Positions 24,889 through 39,127 of a DNA stretch of 64,000 bases are shown one piece after another. The notes beneath the pieces are model-generated. The model was not told the DNA's origin. It searched no databases and was given only the letters and a program-made list of their open reading frames with translations. The DNA is from Pavona decussata (lineage: Eukaryota). The stretch's first letter is position 1; each line of letters begins with the position of its first letter. The position numbers and the translations under genes were made by a program. The stretch spans positions 806,001 to 870,000 of the forward strand of contig CDRNST010000119.1 of assembly GCA_977016875.1 (NCBI GenBank), read 5' to 3'.

Positions 24889-25442
24889 TCATGCCTTATT
24901 TGCATCCTGCAATGTTGCTGGGAAATTTTCCGGAGCTCTTTTGATGGTGCTCAACTGGTCGTCAGAGAAAAGTGTTTTCCAGTGTCTTCCGTCTTCTGTG
25001 TAGCAAACAAGAAGTTCTTCATTTGCACGGATATTTCGCTTTGACTTGTTTCAAAGGAAACCCTTTCGCTTGGGAAACTGGCAGTTACCACGTTCAGCTA
25101 TAAGCCTAGAGAACTTGGATCCTGCCAAGGAAAAAGGAAACAATCCGTCATTGCAATTTTTCCCCAACCCTGTCTCGTACTCCTTTTCTGTGCTGTCAGT
25201 GTCCACGGAAAATCCCTTTTTTTTGGACAGTCACAAGGTAATCCCCAGATCTATTCGGATCATGCCAGCCTACAGTAGCTGTTGGTGCATAGGCAGAAAC
25301 AAATGTGTCGGTAGGTATTGCTCAAACAGTAAAGAGCCCAGTGCCTGTACTTGCACCACCGATACCAATGCAAGTACTTTCACGAACCTGCAAGTGGTCC
25401 TCTGCTGTAGAAACAGGGGAATAATGGTGTCGCTCGCAATTT
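24889..25442 (-). pseudogene. SET-domain remnant, unit 10
   Basis: Copy of 257-810, same lesions. Confidence 0.78.
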
Positions 25443-27625
25443 CTAAAATGGAAAAAATGAATAAATGAAGAATGATGTAATTAATAGTAAAGTAGAAAAC
25501 TTGACTATTAATTTTGACAATTTTCCTGTCACCTGTCCTTTTTCTGGGAGCTTAACGAGACGTGCTGTCCAAATGCAAACATAGCATAAACTACGACGTC
25601 TTTTGATCTAGTTCAAATAAAATGCTTTTGTAAGATGTTTTGGCACTACCTGTTTGGAAGAAGCGGAGTAAAATTTACTTATCTTTTTCACAGTAAATGC
25701 AAAGACATCGTAATTGTAATCGTAATTACAGATGTTGGGGAGTGTTAGTACAATTAGTATTTGTATTATAAAGGCTGCTTTCTCTCTTATACTTGAATAG
25801 AGATACGATTATAAAAATACTCTAAACTTAACCAACAAAAGCATAAGTTAATGATCAGATTAGAGATTTCCGTTTTATATAATTGAATAAGGGACTTGTT
25901 GTTTTTTTTTTACAGGAAGGTAACAAGAGGCTGTTCTTTTTGTTGCCCGGAGTCAGCATCAATGTACATTCCATAGACAGGACTCTCAGACTGGAATTGT
26001 GCACGAAGGTGTTTCTGTACCATTTGTCTACTGAAACCATAGACTTTCTGTTCTAGTTCCCTCTCATGCCAAGGTAATAAAGCAATCAGACGGCCTTCGT
26101 GCTGTATCCATTCAGGATATCCTCCTTGTCACAACTGGCCAATATTAACAATGGAACTCTGACAAGACAACGTCATAAGTTGTATCAACATCAATTCCAA
26201 TCAAATGGTTTATGGTGAAACTGCAGTTCAGAGGCCCAATGTGCTGCTCTCTTGCTATCCTCTGAAGGGCTAGCACGGGATTATCATAGCAGAACCTTAT
26301 GAAGGCATGGCAATGTAGCGCCAGTAATGCATTCAGACTGAGATGGAATGGTCATCCCTCTTTTGCAATCTTGGGATCAAAAGGGGACATTAAAACCAAC
26401 TTCTCCACACAGGTGCAGAAAATAGCATCTAGATTCTGAGCTCTCTCTCTGAAGGACATGTGGAGAACATAAACCAGAATTCTTTCAAGGGTCTTCCGTA
26501 ATGGTCTGTAGGCTCGTTTCTTCCACCTCTGGAAGCTGGTAACAAAACTGTGCTTTTTCTTTATGAACAAATGAATCAAGGAAAAAGTGCACTGCCAGCA
26601 TGGACCAGTGGCCTTTAAATAGCTTGAGAACATTGCCTGTGTCGTCATTCCTGGCATAGTGAACAGCACAGAGTTCAGGCGCATCCACACGATTTAATAT
26701 TGTGTACAATGCGTTTTCCAAGGGTGTATCACTGGCTGGGTTTCCTCCAAGAATTATGCCATCACTGTCGTTTACCACAACTGTGTCGAGGTATGCAAAA
26801 CATCCAAACGACCCCTTTCTGGAACAGAGGCTTGATAAGCACTTTGATCCAAGTATGGCTGGTGAAGCTCATCTCCAACTTTACACTCTGTGTAGTATGT
26901 CTGGAACAGCTTGTAACGCATTTTTCACTTTCCTGTTGGTTAAGTGACTGAGCGGCTCATTACTAAACTCCAAAATCGGGAACTGTTGGACATTCTTATG
27001 CACCTTCATAGCATCACCCAGGGCCGAGGCAGGGCTTCCAATGTCAATCTTCTCGTATAGAACTACAGCTATTCGAGGCCGCCTTGCTCATTGAGAAGCT
27101 GTTTTTTGCGATTCTGGTGCATCTTCTGGTTCGCCTGGCAAGGCCTTCATGGCTGTGCTAATCAGCTTGCCAACCTCACACGTTAGCTGAATGTTGAGTT
27201 AAAATTTCTGCTGTATGGCCAGGCATAATTTATTTAGAACCTAAACAAAAAAATGTACAACTTACTCACCCATGGCTAGAGCTGTGTTTATTACCATAAT
27301 GGTTATCATCATCATCGTGTCTTTTATTTAAACACAATAAAATTCGCGTCAAAAATTATATTCTCTTACTTCTTAGCCCTATAAAAAGAAAACTGTTTTT
27401 GTCTTGGAAATACAACGCTGTACCTCGTTCCTGTACTTTGCAACAAGAAAGCCCGTTTCTGGGACTTTTTAGTTTAAATCGGTTAAAATAATAACATTAT
27501 TTCATTTTGAGTCACATCAATTTAAGACATTTGTTTTCTTTATCTGCTGAGCAACAACAATGGTTGAGGCATTTGTTGCACTTACTATGCGACAACTTAC
27601 TAAGATGGAGAGTGCGTGTATTGCC

Positions 27626-28179
27626 TCATGCCTTATTTGCATCCTGCAATGTTGCTGGGAAATTTTCCGGAGCTCTTTTGATGGTGCTCAACTGGTCGTC
27701 AGAGAAAAGTGTTTTCCAGTGTCTTCCGTCTTCTGTGTAGCAAACAAGAAGTTCTTCATTTGCACGGATATTTCGCTTTGACTTGTTTCAAAGGAAACCC
27801 TTTCGCTTGGGAAACTGGCAGTTACCACGTTCAGCTATCAGCCTAGAGAACTTGGATCCTGCCAAGGAAAAAGGAAACAATCCGTCATTGCAATTTTTCC
27901 CCAACCCTGTCTCGTACTCCTTTTCTGTGCTGTCAGTGTCCACGGAAAATCCCTTTTTTTTGGACAGTCACAAGGTAATCCCCAGATCTATTCGGATCAT
28001 GCCAGCCTACAGTAGCTGTTGGTGCATAGGCAGAAACAAATGTGTCGGTAGGTATTGCTCAAACAGTAAAGAGCCCAGTGCCTGTACTTGCACCACCGAT
28101 ACCAATGCAAGTACTTTCACGAACCTGCAAGTGGTCCTCTGCTGTAGAAACAGGGGAATAATGGTGTCGCTCGCAATTT
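27626..28179 (-). pseudogene. SET-domain remnant, unit 11
   Basis: Copy of 257-810, same lesions. Confidence 0.78.
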
Positions 28180-30362
28180 CTAAAATGGAAAAAATGAATA
28201 AATGAAGAATGATGTAATTAATAGTAAAGTAGAAAACTTGACTATTAATTTTGACAATTTTCCTGTCACCTGTCCTTTTTCTGGGAGCTTAACGAGACGT
28301 GCTGTCCAAATGCAAACATAGCATAAACTACGACGTCTTTTGATCTAGTTCAAATAAAATGCTTTTGTAAGATGTTTTGGCACTACCTGTTTGGAAGAAG
28401 CGGAGTAAAATTTACTTATCTTTTTCACAGTAAATGCAAAGACATCGTAATTGTAATCGTAATTACAGATGTTGGGGAGTGTTAGTACAATTAGTATTTG
28501 TATTATAAAGGCTGCTTTCTCTCTTATACTTGAATAGAGATACGATTATAAAAATACTCTAAACTTAACCAACAAAAGCATAAGTTAATGATCAGATTAG
28601 AGATTTCCGTTTTATATAATTGAATAAGGGACTTGTTGTTTTTTTTTTACAGGAAGGTAACAAGAGGCTGTTCTTTTTGTTGCCCGGAGTCAGCATCAAT
28701 GTACATTCCATAGACAGGACTCTCAGACTGGAATTGTGCACGAAGGTGTTTCTGTACCATTTGTCTACTGAAACCATAGACTTTCTGTTCTAGTTCCCTC
28801 TCATGCCAAGGTAATAAAGCAATCAGACGGCCTTCGTGCTGTATCCATTCAGGATATCCTCCTTGTCACAACTGGCCAATATTAACAATGGAACTCTGAC
28901 AAGACAACGTCATAAGTTGTATCAACATCAATTCCAATCAAATGGTTTATGGTGAAACTGCAGTTCAGAGGCCCAATGTGCTGCTCTCTTGCTATCCTCT
29001 GAAGGGCTAGCACGGGATTATCATAGCAGAACCTTATGAAGGCATGGCAATGTAGCGCCAGTAATGCATTCAGACTGAGATGGAATGGTCATCCCTCTTT
29101 TGCAATCTTGGGATCAAAAGGGGACATTAAAACCAACTTCTCCACACAGGTGCAGAAAATAGCATCTAGATTCTGAGCTCTCTCTCTGAAGGACATGTGG
29201 AGAACATAAACCAGAATTCTTTCAAGGGTCTTCCGTAATGGTCTGTAGGCTCGTTTCTTCCACCTCTGGAAGCTGGTAACAAAACTGTGCTTTTTCTTTA
29301 TGAACAAATGAATCAAGGAAAAAGTGCACTGCCAGCATGGACCAGTGGCCTTTAAATAGCTTGAGAACATTGCCTGTGTCGTCATTCCTGGCATAGTGAA
29401 CAGCACAGAGTTCAGGCGCATCCACACGATTTAATATTGTGTACAATGCGTTTTCCAAGGGTGTATCACTGGCTGGGTTTCCTCCAAGAATTATGCCATC
29501 ACTGTCGTTTACCACAACTGTGTCGAGGTATGCAAAACATCCAAACGACCCCTTTCTGGAACAGAGGCTTGATAAGCACTTTGATCCAAGTATGGCTGGT
29601 GAAGCTCATCTCCAACTTTACACTCTGTGTAGTATGTCTGGAACAGCTTGTAACGCATTTTTCACTTTCCTGTTGGTTAAGTGACTGAGCGGCTCATTAC
29701 TAAACTCCAAAATCGGGAACTGTTGGACATTCTTATGCACCTTCATAGCATCACCCAGGGCCGAGGCAGGGCTTCCAATGTCAATCTTCTCGTATAGAAC
29801 TACAGCTATTCGAGGCCGCCTTGCTCATTGAGAAGCTGTTTTTTGCGATTCTGGTGCATCTTCTGGTTCGCCTGGCAAGGCCTTCATGGCTGTGCTAATC
29901 AGCTTGCCAACCTCACACGTTAGCTGAATGTTGAGTTAAAATTTCTGCTGTATGGCCAGGCATAATTTATTTAGAACCTAAACAAAAAAATGTACAACTT
30001 ACTCACCCATGGCTAGAGCTGTGTTTATTACCATAATGGTTATCATCATCATCGTGTCTTTTATTTAAACACAATAAAATTCGCGTCAAAAATTATATTC
30101 TCTTACTTCTTAGCCCTATAAAAAGAAAACTGTTTTTGTCTTGGAAATACAACGCTGTACCTCGTTCCTGTACTTTGCAACAAGAAAGCCCGTTTCTGGG
30201 ACTTTTTAGTTTAAATCGGTTAAAATAATAACATTATTTCATTTTGAGTCACATCAATTTAAGACATTTGTTTTCTTTATCTGCTGAGCAACAACAATGG
30301 TTGAGGCATTTGTTGCACTTACTATGCGACAACTTACTAAGATGGAGAGTGCGTGTATTGCC

Positions 30363-30916
30363 TCATGCCTTATTTGCATCCTGCAATGTTGCTGGGAAAT
30401 TTTCCGGAGCTCTTTTGATGGTGCTCAACTGGTCGTCAGAGAAAAGTGTTTTCCAGTGTCTTCCGTCTTCTGTGTAGCAAACAAGAAGTTCTTCATTTGC
30501 ACGGATATTTCGCTTTGACTTGTTTCAAAGGAAACCCTTTCGCTTGGGAAACTGGCAGTTACCACGTTCAGCTATCAGCCTAGAGAACTTGGATCCTGCC
30601 AAGGAAAAAGGAAACAATCCGTCATTGCAATTTTTCCCCAACCCTGTCTCGTACTCCTTTTCTGTGCTGTCAGTGTCCACGGAAAATCCCTTTTTTTTGG
30701 ACAGTCACAAGGTAATCCCCAGATCTATTCGGATCATGCCAGCCTACAGTAGCTGTTGGTGCATAGGCAGAAACAAATGTGTCGGTAGGTATTGCTCAAA
30801 CAGTAAAGAGCCCAGTGCCTGTACTTGCACCACCGATACCAATGCAAGTACTTTCACGAACCTGCAAGTGGTCCTCTGCTGTAGAAACAGGGGAATAATG
30901 GTGTCGCTCGCAATTT
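30363..30916 (-). pseudogene. SET-domain remnant, unit 12
   Basis: Copy of 257-810, same lesions. Confidence 0.78.
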
Positions 30917-33099
30917 CTAAAATGGAAAAAATGAATAAATGAAGAATGATGTAATTAATAGTAAAGTAGAAAACTTGACTATTAATTTTGACAATTTTCC
31001 TGTCACCTGTCCTTTTTCTGGGAGCTTAACGAGACGTGCTGTCCAAATGCAAACATAGCATAAACTACGACGTCTTTTGATCTAGTTCAAATAAAATGCT
31101 TTTGTAAGATGTTTTGGCACTACCTGTTTGGAAGAAGCGGAGTAAAATTTACTTATCTTTTTCACAGTAAATGCAAAGACATCGTAATTGTAATCGTAAT
31201 TACAGATGTTGGGGAGTGTTAGTACAATTAGTATTTGTATTATAAAGGCTGCTTTCTCTCTTATACTTGAATAGAGATACGATTATAAAAATACTCTAAA
31301 CTTAACCAACAAAAGCATAAGTTAATGATCAGATTAGAGATTTCCGTTTTATATAATTGAATAAGGGACTTGTTGTTTTTTTTTTACAGGAAGGTAACAA
31401 GAGGCTGTTCTTTTTGTTGCCCGGAGTCAGCATCAATGTACATTCCATAGACAGGACTCTCAGACTGGAATTGTGCACGAAGGTGTTTCTGTACCATTTG
31501 TCTACTGAAACCATAGACTTTCTGTTCTAGTTCCCTCTCATGCCAAGGTAATAAAGCAATCAGACGGCCTTCGTGCTGTATCCATTCAGGATATCCTCCT
31601 TGTCACAACTGGCCAATATTAACAATGGAACTCTGACAAGACAACGTCATAAGTTGTATCAACATCAATTCCAATCAAATGGTTTATGGTGAAACTGCAG
31701 TTCAGAGGCCCAATGTGCTGCTCTCTTGCTATCCTCTGAAGGGCTAGCACGGGATTATCATAGCAGAACCTTATGAAGGCATGGCAATGTAGCGCCAGTA
31801 ATGCATTCAGACTGAGATGGAATGGTCATCCCTCTTTTGCAATCTTGGGATCAAAAGGGGACATTAAAACCAACTTCTCCACACAGGTGCAGAAAATAGC
31901 ATCTAGATTCTGAGCTCTCTCTCTGAAGGACATGTGGAGAACATAAACCAGAATTCTTTCAAGGGTCTTCCGTAATGGTCTGTAGGCTCGTTTCTTCCAC
32001 CTCTGGAAGCTGGTAACAAAACTGTGCTTTTTCTTTATGAACAAATGAATCAAGGAAAAAGTGCACTGCCAGCATGGACCAGTGGCCTTTAAATAGCTTG
32101 AGAACATTGCCTGTGTCGTCATTCCTGGCATAGTGAACAGCACAGAGTTCAGGCGCATCCACACGATTTAATATTGTGTACAATGCGTTTTCCAAGGGTG
32201 TATCACTGGCTGGGTTTCCTCCAAGAATTATGCCATCACTGTCGTTTACCACAACTGTGTCGAGGTATGCAAAACATCCAAACGACCCCTTTCTGGAACA
32301 GAGGCTTGATAAGCACTTTGATCCAAGTATGGCTGGTGAAGCTCATCTCCAACTTTACACTCTGTGTAGTATGTCTGGAACAGCTTGTAACGCATTTTTC
32401 ACTTTCCTGTTGGTTAAGTGACTGAGCGGCTCATTACTAAACTCCAAAATCGGGAACTGTTGGACATTCTTATGCACCTTCATAGCATCACCCAGGGCCG
32501 AGGCAGGGCTTCCAATGTCAATCTTCTCGTATAGAACTACAGCTATTCGAGGCCGCCTTGCTCATTGAGAAGCTGTTTTTTGCGATTCTGGTGCATCTTC
32601 TGGTTCGCCTGGCAAGGCCTTCATGGCTGTGCTAATCAGCTTGCCAACCTCACACGTTAGCTGAATGTTGAGTTAAAATTTCTGCTGTATGGCCAGGCAT
32701 AATTTATTTAGAACCTAAACAAAAAAATGTACAACTTACTCACCCATGGCTAGAGCTGTGTTTATTACCATAATGGTTATCATCATCATCGTGTCTTTTA
32801 TTTAAACACAATAAAATTCGCGTCAAAAATTATATTCTCTTACTTCTTAGCCCTATAAAAAGAAAACTGTTTTTGTCTTGGAAATACAACGCTGTACCTC
32901 GTTCCTGTACTTTGCAACAAGAAAGCCCGTTTCTGGGACTTTTTAGTTTAAATCGGTTAAAATAATAACATTATTTCATTTTGAGTCACATCAATTTAAG
33001 ACATTTGTTTTCTTTATCTGCTGAGCAACAACAATGGTTGAGGCATTTGTTGCACTTACTATGCGACAACTTACTAAGATGGAGAGTGCGTGTATTGCC

Positions 33100-33653
33100 T
33101 CATGCCTTATTTGCATCCTGCAATGTTGCTGGGAAATTTTCCGGAGCTCTTTTGATGGTGCTCAACTGGTCGTCAGAGAAAAGTGTTTTCCAGTGTCTTC
33201 CGTCTTCTGTGTAGCAAACAAGAAGTTCTTCATTTGCACGGATATTTCGCTTTGACTTGTTTCAAAGGAAACCCTTTCGCTTGGGAAACTGGCAGTTACC
33301 ACGTTCAGCTATCAGCCTAGAGAACTTGGATCCTGCCAAGGAAAAAGGAAACAATCCGTCATTGCAATTTTTCCCCAACCCTGTCTCGTACTCCTTTTCT
33401 GTGCTGTCAGTGTCCACGGAAAATCCCTTTTTTTTGGACAGTCACAAGGTAATCCCCAGATCTATTCGGATCATGCCAGCCTACAGTAGCTGTTGGTGCA
33501 TAGGCAGAAACAAATGTGTCGGTAGGTATTGCTCAAACAGTAAAGAGCCCAGTGCCTGTACTTGCACCACCGATACCAATGCAAGTACTTTCACGAACCT
33601 GCAAGTGGTCCTCTGCTGTAGAAACAGGGGAATAATGGTGTCGCTCGCAATTT
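33100..33653 (-). pseudogene. SET-domain remnant, unit 13
   Basis: Copy of 257-810, same lesions. Confidence 0.78.
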
Positions 33654-35836
33654 CTAAAATGGAAAAAATGAATAAATGAAGAATGATGTAATTAATAGTA
33701 AAGTAGAAAACTTGACTATTAATTTTGACAATTTTCCTGTCACCTGTCCTTTTTCTGGGAGCTTAACGAGACGTGCTGTCCAAATGCAAACATAGCATAA
33801 ACTACGACGTCTTTTGATCTAGTTCAAATAAAATGCTTTTGTAAGATGTTTTGGCACTACCTGTTTGGAAGAAGCGGAGTAAAATTTACTTATCTTTTTC
33901 ACAGTAAATGCAAAGACATCGTAATTGTAATCGTAATTACAGATGTTGGGGAGTGTTAGTACAATTAGTATTTGTATTATAAAGGCTGCTTTCTCTCTTA
34001 TACTTGAATAGAGATACGATTATAAAAATACTCTAAACTTAACCAACAAAAGCATAAGTTAATGATCAGATTAGAGATTTCCGTTTTATATAATTGAATA
34101 AGGGACTTGTTGTTTTTTTTTTACAGGAAGGTAACAAGAGGCTGTTCTTTTTGTTGCCCGGAGTCAGCATCAATGTACATTCCATAGACAGGACTCTCAG
34201 ACTGGAATTGTGCACGAAGGTGTTTCTGTACCATTTGTCTACTGAAACCATAGACTTTCTGTTCTAGTTCCCTCTCATGCCAAGGTAATAAAGCAATCAG
34301 ACGGCCTTCGTGCTGTATCCATTCAGGATATCCTCCTTGTCACAACTGGCCAATATTAACAATGGAACTCTGACAAGACAACGTCATAAGTTGTATCAAC
34401 ATCAATTCCAATCAAATGGTTTATGGTGAAACTGCAGTTCAGAGGCCCAATGTGCTGCTCTCTTGCTATCCTCTGAAGGGCTAGCACGGGATTATCATAG
34501 CAGAACCTTATGAAGGCATGGCAATGTAGCGCCAGTAATGCATTCAGACTGAGATGGAATGGTCATCCCTCTTTTGCAATCTTGGGATCAAAAGGGGACA
34601 TTAAAACCAACTTCTCCACACAGGTGCAGAAAATAGCATCTAGATTCTGAGCTCTCTCTCTGAAGGACATGTGGAGAACATAAACCAGAATTCTTTCAAG
34701 GGTCTTCCGTAATGGTCTGTAGGCTCGTTTCTTCCACCTCTGGAAGCTGGTAACAAAACTGTGCTTTTTCTTTATGAACAAATGAATCAAGGAAAAAGTG
34801 CACTGCCAGCATGGACCAGTGGCCTTTAAATAGCTTGAGAACATTGCCTGTGTCGTCATTCCTGGCATAGTGAACAGCACAGAGTTCAGGCGCATCCACA
34901 CGATTTAATATTGTGTACAATGCGTTTTCCAAGGGTGTATCACTGGCTGGGTTTCCTCCAAGAATTATGCCATCACTGTCGTTTACCACAACTGTGTCGA
35001 GGTATGCAAAACATCCAAACGACCCCTTTCTGGAACAGAGGCTTGATAAGCACTTTGATCCAAGTATGGCTGGTGAAGCTCATCTCCAACTTTACACTCT
35101 GTGTAGTATGTCTGGAACAGCTTGTAACGCATTTTTCACTTTCCTGTTGGTTAAGTGACTGAGCGGCTCATTACTAAACTCCAAAATCGGGAACTGTTGG
35201 ACATTCTTATGCACCTTCATAGCATCACCCAGGGCCGAGGCAGGGCTTCCAATGTCAATCTTCTCGTATAGAACTACAGCTATTCGAGGCCGCCTTGCTC
35301 ATTGAGAAGCTGTTTTTTGCGATTCTGGTGCATCTTCTGGTTCGCCTGGCAAGGCCTTCATGGCTGTGCTAATCAGCTTGCCAACCTCACACGTTAGCTG
35401 AATGTTGAGTTAAAATTTCTGCTGTATGGCCAGGCATAATTTATTTAGAACCTAAACAAAAAAATGTACAACTTACTCACCCATGGCTAGAGCTGTGTTT
35501 ATTACCATAATGGTTATCATCATCATCGTGTCTTTTATTTAAACACAATAAAATTCGCGTCAAAAATTATATTCTCTTACTTCTTAGCCCTATAAAAAGA
35601 AAACTGTTTTTGTCTTGGAAATACAACGCTGTACCTCGTTCCTGTACTTTGCAACAAGAAAGCCCGTTTCTGGGACTTTTTAGTTTAAATCGGTTAAAAT
35701 AATAACATTATTTCATTTTGAGTCACATCAATTTAAGACATTTGTTTTCTTTATCTGCTGAGCAACAACAATGGTTGAGGCATTTGTTGCACTTACTATG
35801 CGACAACTTACTAAGATGGAGAGTGCGTGTATTGCC

Positions 35837-36390
35837 TCATGCCTTATTTGCATCCTGCAATGTTGCTGGGAAATTTTCCGGAGCTCTTTTGATGGTGCTC
35901 AACTGGTCGTCAGAGAAAAGTGTTTTCCAGTGTCTTCCGTCTTCTGTGTAGCAAACAAGAAGTTCTTCATTTGCACGGATATTTCGCTTTGACTTGTTTC
36001 AAAGGAAACCCTTTCGCTTGGGAAACTGGCAGTTACCACGTTCAGCTATCAGCCTAGAGAACTTGGATCCTGCCAAGGAAAAAGGAAACAATCCGTCATT
36101 GCAATTTTTCCCCAACCCTGTCTCGTACTCCTTTTCTGTGCTGTCAGTGTCCACGGAAAATCCCTTTTTTTTGGACAGTCACAAGGTAATCCCCAGATCT
36201 ATTCGGATCATGCCAGCCTACAGTAGCTGTTGGTGCATAGGCAGAAACAAATGTGTCGGTAGGTATTGCTCAAACAGTAAAGAGCCCAGTGCCTGTACTT
36301 GCACCACCGATACCAATGCAAGTACTTTCACGAACCTGCAAGTGGTCCTCTGCTGTAGAAACAGGGGAATAATGGTGTCGCTCGCAATTT
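35837..36390 (-). pseudogene. SET-domain remnant, unit 14
   Basis: Copy of 257-810, same lesions. Confidence 0.78.
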
Positions 36391-38573
36391 CTAAAATGGA
36401 AAAAATGAATAAATGAAGAATGATGTAATTAATAGTAAAGTAGAAAACTTGACTATTAATTTTGACAATTTTCCTGTCACCTGTCCTTTTTCTGGGAGCT
36501 TAACGAGACGTGCTGTCCAAATGCAAACATAGCATAAACTACGACGTCTTTTGATCTAGTTCAAATAAAATGCTTTTGTAAGATGTTTTGGCACTACCTG
36601 TTTGGAAGAAGCGGAGTAAAATTTACTTATCTTTTTCACAGTAAATGCAAAGACATCGTAATTGTAATCGTAATTACAGATGTTGGTGAGTGTTAGTACA
36701 ATTAGTATTTGTATTATAAAGGCTGCTTTCTCTCTTATACTTGAATAGAGATACGATTATAAAAATACTCTAAACTTAACCAACAAAAGCATAAGTTAAT
36801 GATCAGATTAGAGATTTCCGTTTTATATAATTGAATAAGGGACTTGTTGTTTTTTTTTTACAGGAAGGTAACAAGAGGCTGTTCTTTTTGTTGCCCGGAG
36901 TCAGCATCAATGTACATTCCATAGACAGGACTCTCAGACTGGAATTGTGCACGAAGGTGTTTCTGTACCATTTGTCTACTGAAACCATAGACTTTCTGTT
37001 CTAGTTCCCTCTCATGCCAAGGTAATAAAGCAATCAGACGGCCTTCGTGCTGTATCCATTCAGGATATCCTCCTTGTCACAACTGGCCAATATTAACAAT
37101 GGAACTCTGACAAGACAACGTCATAAGTTGTATCAACATCAATTCCAATCAAATGGTTTATGGTGAAACTGCAGTTCAGAGGCCCAATGTGCTGCTCTCT
37201 TGCTATCCTCTGAAGGGCTAGCACGGGATTATCATAGCAGAACCTTATGAAGGCATGGCAATGTAGCGCCAGTAATGCATTCAGACTGAGATGGAATGGT
37301 CATCCCTCTTTTGCAATCTTGGGATCAAAAGGGGACATTAAAACCAACTTCTCCACACAGGTGCAGAAAATAGCATCTAGATTCTGAGCTCTCTCTCTGA
37401 AGGACATGTGGAGAACATAAACCAGAATTCTTTCAAGGGTCTTCCGTAATGGTCTGTAGGCTCGTTTCTTCCACCTCTGGAAGCTGGTAACAAAACTGTG
37501 CTTTTTCTTTATGAACAAATGAATCAAGGAAAAAGTGCACTGCCAGCATGGACCAGTGGCCTTTAAATAGCTTGAGAACATTGCCTGTGTCGTCATTCCT
37601 GGCATAGTGAACAGCACAGAGTTCAGGCGCATCCACACGATTTAATATTGTGTACAATGCGTTTTCCAAGGGTGTATCACTGGCTGGGTTTCCTCCAAGA
37701 ATTATGCCATCACTGTCGTTTACCACAACTGTGTCGAGGTATGCAAAACATCCAAACGACCCCTTTCTGGAACAGAGGCTTGATAAGCACTTTGATCCAA
37801 GTATGGCTGGTGAAGCTCATCTCCAACTTTACACTCTGTGTAGTATGTCTGGAACAGCTTGTAACGCATTTTTCACTTTCCTGTTGGTTAAGTGACTGAG
37901 CGGCTCATTACTAAACTCCAAAATCGGGAACTGTTGGACATTCTTATGCACCTTCATAGCATCACCCAGGGCCGAGGCAGGGCTTCCAATGTCAATCTTC
38001 TCGTATAGAACTACAGCTATTCGAGGCCGCCTTGCTCATTGAGAAGCTGTTTTTTGCGATTCTGGTGCATCTTCTGGTTCGCCTGGCAAGGCCTTCATGG
38101 CTGTGCTAATCAGCTTGCCAACCTCACACGTTAGCTGAATGTTGAGTTAAAATTTCTGCTGTATGGCCAGGCATAATTTATTTAGAACCTAAACAAAAAA
38201 ATGTACAACTTACTCACCCATGGCTAGAGCTGTGTTTATTACCATAATGGTTATCATCATCATCGTGTCTTTTATTTAAACACAATAAAATTCGCGTCAA
38301 AAATTATATTCTCTTACTTCTTAGCCCTATAAAAAGAAAACTGTTTTTGTCTTGGAAATACAACGCTGTACCTCGTTCCTGTACTTTGCAACAAGAAAGC
38401 CCGTTTCTGGGACTTTTTAGTTTAAATCGGTTAAAATAATAACATTATTTCATTTTGAGTCACATCAATTTAAGACATTTGTTTTCTTTATCTGCTGAGC
38501 AACAACAATGGTTGAGGCATTTGTTGCACTTACTATGCGACAACTTACTAAGATGGAGAGTGCGTGTATTGCC

Positions 38574-39127
38574 TCATGCCTTATTTGCATCCTGCAATGT
38601 TGCTGGGAAATTTTCCGGAGCTCTTTTGATGGTGCTCAACTGGTCGTCAGAGAAAAGTGTTTTCCAGTGTCTTCCGTCTTCTGTGTAGCAAACAAGAAGT
38701 TCTTCATTTGCACGGATATTTCGCTTTGACTTGTTTCAAAGGAAACCCTTTCGCTTGGGAAACTGGCAGTTACCACGTTCAGCTATCAGCCTAGAGAACT
38801 TGGATCCTGCCAAGGAAAAAGGAAACAATCCGTCATTGCAATTTTTCCCCAACCCTGTTTCGTACTCCTTTTCTGTGCTGTCAGTGTCCACGGAAAATCC
38901 CTTTTTTTTGGACAGTCACAAGGTAATCCCCAGATCTATTCGGATCATGCCAGCCTACAGTAGCTGTTGGTGCATAGGCAGAAACAAATGTGTCGGTAGG
39001 TATTGCTCAAACAGTAAAGAGCCCAGTGCCTGTACTTGCACCACCGATACCAATGCAAGTACTTTCACGAACCTGCAAGTGGTCCTCTGCTGTAGAAACA
39101 GGGGAATAATGGTGTCGCTCGCAATTT
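38574..39127 (-). pseudogene. SET-domain remnant, unit 15
   Basis: Copy of 257-810, same lesions. Confidence 0.78.
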
